The position numbers and the translations under genes were made by a program. Positions 29,401 to 39,200 of a stretch of 64,000 nucleotides of DNA are shown here, in pieces (the first letter of the stretch is position 1; every line of letters starts with the position of its first letter). The DNA comes from Promethearchaeota archaeon (GTDB lineage: Archaea > Asgardarchaeota > Lokiarchaeia > Sigyniarchaeales > SOKP01). Location: assembly GCA_048940645.1 (NCBI GenBank), contig JBHLOI010000009.1:25449-89448 (forward strand). The letters are read 5' to 3'. The notes under the pieces are model-generated. The model had not been told where the DNA came from. It worked only from the letters and a program-made list of their open reading frames with translations, and made no database searches.

Positions 29401-30697
29401 TGGTAAGGAAACCATTGTATACGTAGATGTTTATAAAGATTTACCAGGTGATGACTTTCTCTTATATATTATTATAGGTGTTATAGCTCTTGGTTTAGGA
29501 GTTGTGAGTACTATTGTTTATACCCAATATAGAAGAAAAAAGAGAAGAAGAACTGAATGGATTAAACTTAAAAAGAAAAAGGGCTTAATCTCACCAGAAT
29601 TAGCTGAAGGTAAAAACTTAATTTTTATAAGTTATGCAACAACAGATTCAGACCTATTCCAAATCCCATTAATTACCGATATTTTAGTCCAATACCCCGA
29701 GATCGATGATATACTTTATTGGGAATCCGATATGCATGATGACATTTATGAATATATGGACGATAACCTAAAACTCTGTTCTGTTTTCCTTCTGTTTTGT
29801 TCACAAAATTCCCTCTATTCGGAACCTGTTAAAATGGAATGGCGTTCAGCGTTAAAATTAGATAAGAAAATAATTCCCATTTTCATTAATCCAAATGATA
29901 TTCCCCCATTATTAACTACCAAATTAGGTGTGCAATTTAATGAAAGTGAAGTTTATGATTCAATAGAAGCAATATACCAAATGCTTCTCAAAAAGCTGGA
30001 AATAGTTTCTACTAGAGAATTTTGTAAATATTTAATTCCAAAAATGGTTTCCGACCAATATTTTGAAGAAAAAACAGCAGTAATGGTGAAAAAAGATATT
30101 GAAATTGAAAGCGATAATACTATTGATGATCTACAAATACAATTTATTTCAATTTTAGAAAAGAATAACTTTCAATTTCTCAAAAAACCAATAGAAATTG
30201 AAGAAATAGAGAAATCAGAATCCCATTTAATATCTCTAAGATTTTTTGCTGAAGATAAATTTGAAAAACTAGAAATTGGATTAACTGCTACTATTCAAAA
30301 AGTTGAAGATTATAAGAATAAAATTTATCTTAGAGTCATGGGGAATAGAGAATGGATGGTAAATGAAATTTTAAGCGATCTTGCTAATAAATCATATCCA
30401 TTAAAAACTGTCACTGAATTATTAAGAGAATATTCAGAAAAAATTGATAATTTCATAGATCATATAGACAATCTTGAAGAATTTCTTAGAAAAAATCTTG
30501 GTCCAGAAATTGAGGAAATTGAAGAAACAATATATCAATATTTAAGTAAGCAAATTGAAAAAGACGATTTTATAAAGAAAGGGCTCCAAATTCTTGGAAA
30601 GCGATTTATACTAGTTTTCATAGAAAATTTACCAAAAATACTTCATGAAAAGGAAGAGTTAGAAGATAAAGGCAAGGAGATTGACATTCAACTTTAA
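26483..30697 (+). CDS. Single-pass receptor-like protein: signal peptide, NosD/CASH beta-helix, type-I periplasmic-binding (Venus-flytrap) domain, Ig-like domains, TM helix, TIR, C-terminal domain
   Basis: GSGT-x2-NPYVIE plus Asn-ladder repeats; IKIGL..GANLAAKEVNEAGG (LivJ-like); two Ig-like units; TM FLLYIIIGVIALGLGVVSTIVY then RRKKRRR; TIR IFISYA ... SEPVKMEW-x2-A ... KIIPIF. Confidence 0.88.
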   Translation: MSKKRFIILCLMVVLFLSCNFTLNMVNFENKMIFQKELCLKSSGYWVLNSIIIDDTGGGDYLWITAAAEDWCSGSGTWNNPYVIENVTFNANNAGSGLLIRNSNKYFIVRNCTFHNSGSFTGEYNDAGLSLNNTKNGKLIDNECSFNNGYGISLDWNSDNNTVEGNILKNNSIDGAILRYSYNITFSRNTAIFNVGTGITTLGANNSKIFQNTAIYNQAGICIASGSKNITVSDNIIRHNTIEGLYLRVGSTNNTFKNNLISYNGLGNGYGIGLRMDGTTFNKILNNDIKDNRNGIEMLTYDNNHHNIIFNNEIEDNELYGLSIQNGSNDNLIYGNLFSNSPNNAFDNGANNSWDNGVLGNCWDDYNGTGPYIIWGNAGSQDNFPMFNNYNIPGDIGIIPLNQTIKIGLINDMNHITGKDTLKGANLAAKEVNEAGGVLINGSIFYIGLTSHNTFEYEIPLNINNGVNAVYNMISNYNPDFIIGGTQYDAVNAYTETIMDAKIPFISTGCSLNTLTQNVIDNYNRYKYFFRAMINASQIFTELMNFQAYLTNYLSSPSILNRPINKIAFLYEDLYYYSNLMNTLKTYLPIVGIEIVKEIKYDSSTSKSEFEQYWNEIDNAGAQLTLVGSFFSDKVKIISETYGEIKPRCLLFSTYYNSTKEYWDGSNGKCQYEISYQSIYNISRTSLTKPFWNNFINEYNHEPTFHSASAYNAIYLIVNATKDSQSWSADKIVGSLEKINTSNSFPGVCGHIAFKSSHGIYNALGYGSGLMCQWQSGGTKVVIPNGNLIYSDSLATGSLETPDWGINIRFTINSPSKNNVFAEFSPDFNIEILDAVDKIWYTLNSGSEKYFITNNETIDQTAWMALSDGVVKITFYSNETSGEIYRRFVHVIKDTEPPQVTIEPMDTTTFGSEAPTIILNIQDTSNITESYYSLDGGVTKIPFTGNEVTINQTLWDVLGEGIVTISFYIIDSVGKETIVYVDVYKDLPGDDFLLYIIIGVIALGLGVVSTIVYTQYRRKKRRRTEWIKLKKKKGLISPELAEGKNLIFISYATTDSDLFQIPLITDILVQYPEIDDILYWESDMHDDIYEYMDDNLKLCSVFLLFCSQNSLYSEPVKMEWRSALKLDKKIIPIFINPNDIPPLLTTKLGVQFNESEVYDSIEAIYQMLLKKLEIVSTREFCKYLIPKMVSDQYFEEKTAVMVKKDIEIESDNTIDDLQIQFISILEKNNFQFLKKPIEIEEIEKSESHLISLRFFAEDKFEKLEIGLTATIQKVEDYKNKIYLRVMGNREWMVNEILSDLANKSYPLKTVTELLREYSEKIDNFIDHIDNLEEFLRKNLGPEIEEIEETIYQYLSKQIEKDDFIKKGLQILGKRFILVFIENLPKILHEKEELEDKGKEIDIQL

Positions 30698-30756
30698 AAA
30701 TCTATATGACTAATTCTTTATTTTTTTTCTTTAATTATTTGAACCTAATTTCTCAC

Positions 30757-31512
30757 TTATTCCCAAAAATCCTTGATTTCATTAATATTTTTATATCCAA
30801 CTACGTTATCTCTTATGAAAATATCGAAAGGCAAATCTTTTTTTCTATATTTTCTAGTAATTTTTAGTAAAATTGCGTGTTCCGGGATGTGATATATTTC
30901 TTTATATTTTTCTCCGACGCCATCAGAATATTGATATTGTTGGAGGACAAATGTACCTCTAAATTTATATTTCTTGAGGAAGGTAATAATTTTGTGAATA
31001 TCTTCTGGTTTCAATAATTTTTCCACATATGTCGTTCTTATTTCAAAATCAATCTCATTTCGATTGTTAATTATATTAAACGTCTCAATAATAAGTTCAG
31101 GGTTTATATCAACACCAGTAATTTTTTCTAATCTGATTTTCTTTAATGGTCCTTTCAAGTCTAAGGAAACTCTACTGATATAGGGAAGTAATTTTGTAAT
31201 TAGAGCTGGCTTTGTTCCATTTGTGTCTATATTAATGTATCTACCAATTTTTTGGATTTCCTTACAAAGAGCGATTATATCTTTTTGAAGGGTTGGTTCA
31301 CCTCCAGTAATACTTACAGCGCTCACTAATAAATTACTCTTAACATGTTCTAGTATTTCACTAACTTTCATATCTTTACCTACATTAAGATTCAATAGAT
31401 ATTTATTATGACAGAATTCACATTTTAAATTACAGCCAACTGTAAAAATTACCATTGAGGATTTCTCTGGAATGTCTTTTGTAGATATATCAATAATTCC
31501 CCCAACTCTCAT
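30757..31512 (-). CDS. Radical SAM glycyl-radical activase-like protein (anaerobic RNR-activating type)
   Basis: GCNLKCEFCHN, ITGGEPT, DTNG, LDLK, EIRTT. Confidence 0.9.
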   Translation of the reverse strand: MRVGGIIDISTKDIPEKSSMVIFTVGCNLKCEFCHNKYLLNLNVGKDMKVSEILEHVKSNLLVSAVSITGGEPTLQKDIIALCKEIQKIGRYINIDTNGTKPALITKLLPYISRVSLDLKGPLKKIRLEKITGVDINPELIIETFNIINNRNEIDFEIRTTYVEKLLKPEDIHKIITFLKKYKFRGTFVLQQYQYSDGVGEKYKEIYHIPEHAILLKITRKYRKKDLPFDIFIRDNVVGYKNINEIKDFWE

Positions 31513-31521
31513 ATAAAACCT

Positions 31522-32418
31522 CTAAAAATTCTCTCGAATAAAATTCTCTATTTCAAATAATGTTAGTTCAAAAGGTCTAGGAGACTCCATTTTTAATGAT
31601 GTCAAGGCAGCTGAAAATTTTAAGGATTCTTCTGGATTCTTTGATATTCTAGATCCTAAATAACTAATAAAAGCTGTGTCTCCTCTGCCGGTCCTTCCTA
31701 CTATTGTTTTATTCTTCCATGGAAAAAAATATATATCATCTAAAGCGTTTACTGTGATTCCTTTCTGATGAGTTGCTAGTATTTCTTGAGGACCATAAGT
31801 TCGTAATTCTATTAAAGCATCATTAATATTATTTTGTTTAGTAAGGATATTAGCTTCTTTCTGATCAATCTTGAGATAATCTACTTTTGACAAAATAATT
31901 TCTTTTTCTTTTTCTAACAAATCTTTATAATAAACATTATCATTGTCTCTGAATCGCATAAATCCTTGAATGTCTAATGCTAACTTTCCTCTATATCTTT
32001 TTTTAAGAATACTTAATAATTTAAAATTGACTTCTCCATCCATTATAGGACCTATAACAAACATTTTTGGATTGATATTAGGAATGTTTTCTTTCTTAAA
32101 TGGCCCTGCAAAGCCTAATAATTTATAATCCCTAAATTCGATATTTTTCGAAGAATAAATATTCCATAGACCTGAAGTCTCGTTAGAAGGATAAGCAAAA
32201 TATACGATTCCTTTTTTTTTAAAGGTTTCTAAAATAGGGAAATCTTCTTTTTTCAATAGCGTTATAATTGATACTTTTAATCCCATATGACTTCCAGCAA
32301 TTCCTCCGTAATAAACAGCACCACCTATTGACTCTCTACTTATACCATCCACTTCAATGATATCTTTAGCAATGTGTCCCAATATTGTAATATCAGAATC
32401 AATTCTATCTTTATGCAT
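31522..32418 (-). CDS. PfkB-family carbohydrate kinase
   Basis: GHIAKD, IGGAVYY, DIQG, GRTGRGD. Confidence 0.88.
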   Translation of the reverse strand: MHKDRIDSDITILGHIAKDIIEVDGISRESIGGAVYYGGIAGSHMGLKVSIITLLKKEDFPILETFKKKGIVYFAYPSNETSGLWNIYSSKNIEFRDYKLLGFAGPFKKENIPNINPKMFVIGPIMDGEVNFKLLSILKKRYRGKLALDIQGFMRFRDNDNVYYKDLLEKEKEIILSKVDYLKIDQKEANILTKQNNINDALIELRTYGPQEILATHQKGITVNALDDIYFFPWKNKTIVGRTGRGDTAFISYLGSRISKNPEESLKFSAALTSLKMESPRPFELTLFEIENFIRENF

Positions 32419-32637
32419 AATAATAATTAAAATAATTGATTAAAGATTTAAGAAATTATCTAAGTTTGGTATCAAATGTTTTAGATAAGATTTATGATTT
32501 ACTAAAATAGTCTTTTTAACCGTTAGAATCAAAATATAAAGAAGAGTAGACTTTTTTAGCCAAATATATTAGATTAGACAATTTTTATCTAATTACTAAA
32601 TTTAAAAAGTAGATCTTATAAAAAATACTGTTAAGAT

Positions 32638-32841
32638 TTATTCATATATTAATAATGAACTTGGCTTATTGTTAATAAAGCTCATAATAATTCGTTCTTC
32701 AATTTCATGAAGTTTTAATTTTTCTACTTTATTACAATTCCAATCATAACATTTTCTATCATTTTTATATACCACACCACAATGAATTGTGTGATATGAA
32801 CCATCAGCATATTCTTTGCCACAAACTAAACATTTTTTCAT
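32638..32841 (-). CDS. Small putative zinc-finger protein
   Basis: CLVCG, HCG and C-x4-C motifs. Confidence 0.6.
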   Translation of the reverse strand: MKKCLVCGKEYADGSYHTIHCGVVYKNDRKCYDWNCNKVEKLKLHEIEERIIMSFINNKPSSLLIYE

Positions 32842-33161
32842 TTTTTTTTCACATTCATTAAAAAAATTTTTAATTTTTTTTTTCTTACTATAATTAATAG
32901 TATCATAGTTTCTTATTTAAACCTTCCCATTAAATTCCCCACTTATCATAAAATATAAATATTAAATGTAAATCGACAAAAAAATAAAATCTACATAACT
33001 ACTTTGAACAAAAGTTGCTTTAAAAATATTATTACTGAACAATGTTCAATTTTTAAAAGGTCTTATTTAATATTTATGGTTAAATTTTGAAAAATGTTTA
33101 GAATAAATAATGAAAGTTGATGAATTTTTAATTAAAATTTCACTTGTTGATAATAAATCTA

Positions 33162-33893
33162 TTAATAATCACTTAGAGTTTGGATTAACGCTTTAACAAA
33201 GGTATTTACAAACATTTTGCACCTCTCAAAGTTCACTCTAAGTTCTTTGGCGATTTCAATTTGAATAGCATTGATCTTATCTTTATTGTAAAATTGGCGG
33301 GTAATATATCCACCAGAGTAAGGTAAGTTATAATTTGTCAAAGTTAAACCATTGTCAACTAAAAATCTTCTTGATATTTCTTGTTCTAACTGGAAATAAC
33401 CCCAATATTTATCACAATCTTCCTTATCTGATTCTTGAAATAATGATAGGCTATTTCCAAAAAGATGACCAAAAATAATTTCTGGATAATCTCTTTCTGG
33501 TTTGGAAAAGCCATGAATGTCGAGAATTAGACATCGATCATAAGTAGACACACATTCTAGGACAAATTTAATCAATTGATCGTGATATGCATGATATATA
33601 TTACGAGCTTCATCTGAAGATTGATTAAATGCCATTTGAGAATGAGCAGGGCGATTAAGATCTATTTTACTTCTATGTACTTTATTTAAGATATAAAATA
33701 TACTAACATTTAATTTTTGTTTTTTAAATTCATGGATTATTTGTTTTGCTATAAAATATGTGTTTTTATCAGGAATCCGAGGTCCTTGTAATTTATCTGG
33801 TATTCTTCTTGGTTTTTTAAAACCTCCATGCGTACAAGATAAAATTATGGGTGATGTGCCTATTGAAATTTCAAAATACCGTTTCAAATCCAT
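33162..33893 (-). CDS. N-formylglutamate amidohydrolase-like Zn hydrolase
   Basis: SCTHGG, R-x3-DLNR, YH, LDIHG, YSGGYIT, AIQIE. Confidence 0.85.
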   Translation of the reverse strand: MDLKRYFEISIGTSPIILSCTHGGFKKPRRIPDKLQGPRIPDKNTYFIAKQIIHEFKKQKLNVSIFYILNKVHRSKIDLNRPAHSQMAFNQSSDEARNIYHAYHDQLIKFVLECVSTYDRCLILDIHGFSKPERDYPEIIFGHLFGNSLSLFQESDKEDCDKYWGYFQLEQEISRRFLVDNGLTLTNYNLPYSGGYITRQFYNKDKINAIQIEIAKELRVNFERCKMFVNTFVKALIQTLSDY

Positions 33894-34125
33894 TTTGATT
33901 AAAGTTTTATTATCTATTTTAATTTGGTGAAATAAAATGAGGAATTATTCTTTTATTTTTTTATGTCGCTAAGCTGTTTTTATAAATCGTCAATAAGATG
34001 GCAAATTTTCGCTATGGGATTATAAAATATTTTCATAACCTTTTTTAACTGTAATAATTTTTCATAATTACAATTTAGTAAAATTTGTAACTACTATTTA
34101 ATTAAAGAGTTAGGTAAGGGATATA

Positions 34126-34413
34126 ATGGCTATTGATGATCTTATTAGTTTCTTGAAGAAAAAGGGTTTTAGAGATACATTGACAGTGCTAACTCAATTT
34201 AAGAATTTCAAGGTTGATAAACACACCTTTTATAGTGAATTGAATAAATTTAGCTATTACAATTCTTTTTTCCGCGTCAAAGATGATCTAATTGATAAAG
34301 GATTAATCGAAATTGAGCAAAACAATAAAAAGAAATACGTAAAGCTGACTGAAAAAGGTTTAGATGTATACAATAGATTGGTTGAAATTAATAAATTGAT
34401 AAATTCCAGATAG
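34126..34413 (+). CDS. Winged-helix DNA-binding protein
   Basis: L-x2-KGLI...VKLTEKG wing motif. Confidence 0.8.
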   Translation: MAIDDLISFLKKKGFRDTLTVLTQFKNFKVDKHTFYSELNKFSYYNSFFRVKDDLIDKGLIEIEQNNKKKYVKLTEKGLDVYNRLVEINKLINSR

Positions 34414-34505
34414 CACTGAAACGTATTTATCCAGTCAAATATTTTGACATCATTTTTTTAAATTTCCTTTATTTTTTCATTAAAAATAATAAAAAAAATC
34501 AATTT

Positions 34506-35156
34506 GTGTCTAATAATAGAATTATGATACTTAAAAAACTTGTAGTTGGACCCCTATCAACTAATTGCTATGTTTTTGGTTCAGATGAAATAAATGAAGT
34601 GGTTATAATTGATCCTGGGGGTGATAGTGATCGAATTATTGAAACTGTTGAGAAATTTAAAGCAAAACCTATCGCTGTATTACTCACTCATACTCATTTT
34701 GATCATATATTGAAACTCGGAAAAATATTGCGTCATTTTAAAGTTCCGTTAATGTATAATAAAAGGGAATTTGATTCAAAGGTTTTTACTCAAAAAGAAG
34801 CAGATAAATGGTTAGTTGAGGGAGATACCATAAAAATTGGTGAACTAAATCTGCACGTATTAGAAACACCAGGACATTCTCCCGGATCTTTATGTTTCTA
34901 CTCAGATGATGTAAAAATGTACAAGGAATCAAAGATAGACGGAATTATCTTTTCAGGGGATTTAATATTTCGAAGAAGCATTGGGAGGTCTGATATCAAT
35001 GGTGGTGACCCTAATCAATTATTTGAAAGTATTAAAAATAAGATAATGTATAATAAGGCTTTCACTGATAACTTTTTAATTTTTCCGGGTCATATGGGTA
35101 TAACATCTATAAAAGATGAACGCAAGTTGAATATGTTTAAAAATTACTTTCTTTAG
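34506..35156 (+). CDS. MBL-fold hydrolase (glyoxalase II-like)
   Basis: IIDPG, THTHFDH, TPGHSPG, FSGD, PGH; likely start is the ATG at 34524. Confidence 0.92.
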   Translation: MSNNRIMILKKLVVGPLSTNCYVFGSDEINEVVIIDPGGDSDRIIETVEKFKAKPIAVLLTHTHFDHILKLGKILRHFKVPLMYNKREFDSKVFTQKEADKWLVEGDTIKIGELNLHVLETPGHSPGSLCFYSDDVKMYKESKIDGIIFSGDLIFRRSIGRSDINGGDPNQLFESIKNKIMYNKAFTDNFLIFPGHMGITSIKDERKLNMFKNYFL

Positions 35157-35289
35157 TGACTTTTAGCTTTTTCTTTACAAATTTTTTTAAATATTACCTT
35201 AATAAATAAGATGATAATTTTTTAAGTACATAATATATTATATTATTAAAAATTAGTTTTCAATTAGGATTAATTGAGTGTAGATTGAT

Positions 35290-35574
35290 TTGATTAATAG
35301 AAGCGAAGTTAAAGCTATAATTCGTAGGTTTGAGGAGCGAGAAGGTATTAGGGGAGTTATCATCTGTGACTCAACAGGGTTACCCATAGATTCAAATATG
35401 GATATTAACATAACTGAAGAGGTAGCAGCTTATGTAACATCCTTGATTGGAAAAGGAAAACAAGTGGTTGATGCATTAAAGGAAGGTTCTCTAAAATTTA
35501 TAAGATTAGAGACATCTAAGGGTGAAACTATGGTAGCATTAGAGAGCAATTTAATTCTAATCATATTAAAATAA
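35290..35574 (+). CDS. Roadblock/LC7 protein (dynein light chain roadblock-like)
   Basis: EGIRGVIICDSTGLPIDSNM ... LKFIRLETSKGETMVA. Confidence 0.9.
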   Translation: MINRSEVKAIIRRFEEREGIRGVIICDSTGLPIDSNMDINITEEVAAYVTSLIGKGKQVVDALKEGSLKFIRLETSKGETMVALESNLILIILK

Positions 35575-35812
35575 TCTCTGGGATTTTTTTTTAATTTTAA
35601 ATTCTTCATACTATCGTTATTAAAATTATCTGAAAATTCTTAATTATTTAACGAAATTATTGATGAATTGTTATTTCGATTTTCCTTTTTTATATATTTG
35701 ATAAATTTAAATTTCTTTGAATTATATATATATTTAAGAAAAATTCTCCACTCAATTTAGAAAGGTATAACTAATTTTATAATAATTAAAAAGGAATAAA
35801 AGTTGAATATAG

Positions 35813-36163
35813 ATGGACAAAAAAGTAATTGAACAGAAGTTAGCAGAATTAATGGATATCATACCTGAGTGTGAAGGATTAATTGCTGCAGATGCGAATG
35901 GTAAAGTTATTATTGGTCAAACTATAACTGAGACGGATCACAACGCTATAGCAAAAGCATGTACAAGCATTATAAAAGAGTCAAATACACTGGGAAAGGA
36001 TATTAGTAAAGGTAAATTAAAAACCACTACTATCGAATTGGATGAGGGGTTTGCAGTTTTAGTAGGATCAGATGCGTTAATTTTAATTGCACTCGCTGGA
36101 CTTGATGGTCGAGCTTCATTAAGTCTTTTAAAACGTAATTTGATTTCAATTTTAAATCTTTAA
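35813..36163 (+). CDS. Roadblock/LC7 (MglB-like) protein
   Basis: EGLIAADANGKVI, GKLKTTTIE, extra C-terminal helix. Confidence 0.85.
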   Translation: MDKKVIEQKLAELMDIIPECEGLIAADANGKVIIGQTITETDHNAIAKACTSIIKESNTLGKDISKGKLKTTTIELDEGFAVLVGSDALILIALAGLDGRASLSLLKRNLISILNL

Positions 36164-36214
36164 TAAAAATATCCTCTTTTTTTAAAATAAAAAAAATAAG
36201 GAATTATTAATAGT

Positions 36215-39200
36215 TTAATTTTTCTTTTTTTCTTTAAGACCTTTTTCTTCTAATAGAGAATCAAGATCAGTTTTTTCAGTTTTCTCTTTTTTCTTTATAT
36301 CCGTAACTTTGACATATCTTCCTCGTTTACGTTTCTTCTTTTTTGGTTCCTCAACTGGGGTTTCTATTCGTTTTATCAGTTTTCTCATGATAGTATACAT
36401 AATTATCCAGAATAAAACTATAACACTAATAATTATAAAAGTTAATAATGAATTAATATAATCCATTAAGGGTATATCAAATACTTCAAAAGTAGCTGAA
36501 GCTAAAAATGTTAAATTCTCACCTGTTAGAATATTATGAGCATCAATAGAGACATTAAAAATTATTTGGTTCATGGCAGGAACATCAATTTCGACAATAA
36601 TCATTGTTGATTCATTTGGTCTTAATCGATTTAATTCAAGATAATTAATTCCAACGATTCTACTTGGTAGAGTAGGCTGGGTGATAATTGATATATTTGA
36701 TGCAGGGATAGATAACTGAGAATCTCCCGTATTTAAAATGTTAATACTTATTGTGGCTTTTCTATTTCTGAATAAAAGGGGTGTATCTTTACGGATAGAT
36801 AATGTGAGGTCATTAATTTCTCGATATAAAACAACAGTTACATTTTGAGAGTTGCTTAAGGTATAAATATCTCCTGACCAGGTTAATCTAAATATCAATT
36901 GATCTTCTTCATTTAAGGTTAATGTATCAATCTCAAAATTAATATTACCTTCATTGCTAGAAAATTGAGAAGAAATTTGTTCCCATGAACTATCACCAAA
37001 ATATTGAAGGGTAACATTCTTAAATGGAATAGCCTCTCCAAATTCAGTTGTTAGAAAGGCGCTAAGATTAAAAGTCTGACCTCGAATAGGTGTTATGGGA
37101 TTTACTGTGATATTTGAAAATTTACTATTTTCTTTTAAAGTAAATGATGCAATAAAATCATTATAACTACTCACATAATTTTCATCGAAAATATTGACAA
37201 CAAATGTTGTTTGATTGGGTAAATAGATGCATTCCTCTCGTTCAAAGGGTTTTAATATATTTGCACCCGTAATTTCTCTATTATATTTTAAAGCCAGTAA
37301 GTAACCTTCAAAATCATTTTGAGTACTATTAACTATCAAGGCATAATTCTCACTTCTGTATAGCCCCAATTCGACATCTTCATTTCCATATTTAATAATA
37401 ATTGTTAGCTTAGTCATCACTCCGCCTTTTCTTACAGGTGCGTTAATGCCCTGCCAGATTCCATCATTCTCTAAATGTGGGATAGTGAGGTCTAGCACAA
37501 ACTCTTGAGTATCTTGACCTAGAGGATATCCTTTCAATTTTAATGTTTTATAGCTTGAGGTAGCTTCGTCAATAATCCAATCCTCTTTTGCTAGTGAGAC
37601 TAATTGTGCTTTAACTTTTACATCAACATCACTTAGTTCAAACATATTTTGAAGAGAAACATTCACCCTAATTTGTTCGTCAGGGTTTAGAATAGTTTCA
37701 TTTTGGAGAAAACTGTTTAATTTAATTGGAATTTCTATATTTCCTATCTCAAAATTAAATACTTGGTTAATATTATAATTTTGAACAGGATAATAATTAG
37801 GTCTATCTGTCACATTAACAGTTCCTATAAGGATAGAATAATCTGTGTATACTTCATCTACAGTACCATTAAGAATATTTTGATTTAAGGTGGGATAATA
37901 AACACAATCATCCATTTCTACATTATAAGTATCAATATATAGTTTGAGCTTTTTACAGCCAATAGCAGAACCATTAGTCCAAAAAAATCCTAAATAATAA
38001 TTTCCGAAATAATTTAAAGTATTTCTGATTTGTAGAAGTGTATCATTATTAAAGTCATACCTTAACACATCACCCTTTATAATACCGGTTAAATCATCTC
38101 TTTCTCCACCTGGATACTCCCCACCAGGGATTTCAGGGTAGAACAATATTACATTAGCATCCCCGTCCTGTGGAGGATTACCATTTATATTTTGAATATC
38201 AACACTAGCTGTCATATCGTCTCCAAACATAAATCCGTTTGTTTCCCAAAAAATTCCACCATAATTAATGAAGCTATGCATTTCATAAATAAGATTTGGA
38301 CTTGTTAATTCTATAGTATAAGTTCCAGAATTTGCGTTCACTAAAGTTTTATTTACTATAGTTTTATCATATCCTAATTTGTATATATCATCCGATTCTC
38401 CCTCAGTTTTATAATATAACTCATCCCCAATTGGATTAGTTAAATTATGCGCATCGTAAGCACTCGGATATATAAACCAGAACTCAAGGAAATTCCAATC
38501 ATCAAAATTAGAATGGATTAAACTTAAATCAAAACTTAAAGTCCACTCAGGTGGTAAATCATAACTCACATTATATAGAGTTGTTGTAGATTCAATCCAG
38601 TAAGCTTTAACAGAGTATGTTACATTGAATTTAAATCCGTTAGTTATAGTTTTATTCCAATTAAGATCGACTCTAAAATTATTTGGAGGAATAGCACTTA
38701 TAGGTACAGTAAAGTCATTTTTCCATTGTCCTAAGCCCCAAGTTAAATACGAACTAACATTATATGGAGCAGAACTATCCACTTGATCTTCTATAGTGAT
38801 ATTTTGAATATTTAAATTATCATCTTCAGAATTCCAAAAATCTGAGGGCATATACCCCCTAGTAACATTGATTCTAAATGAAGATGCATCTAAACGCTCA
38901 GAGATATAAGGAAATAATGATGGAACAGTTTTCCGAGCAATATTCCAAACTATACCATTATCAGAGACTCTCAATTGATGATCAACATTATTATTAGGAT
39001 CACCAAATGTGAATCGAGGTATTGTTACTAAACTATATACTTTTTCTGGTCGATTTGACTTAATTACAATAAAGTAATTATATAATTTCAAATTTAGTGT
39101 ATTAGCTCTATTGAATTTGAAATAAGTTAAATTATCCTCATTGTATCCTGAAATAGCAATAGAATCTATCATTCTATTATAATTTGGTTTTATATTATTT

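Noticed and set aside
18850-30697. TIR genes as a canonical Thoeris/CBASS/Pycsar system
   Set aside because: No ThsA (SIR2/Macro/SLOG), CD-NTase or cyclase gene recognised; the TIRs are fused to TM ectodomains.
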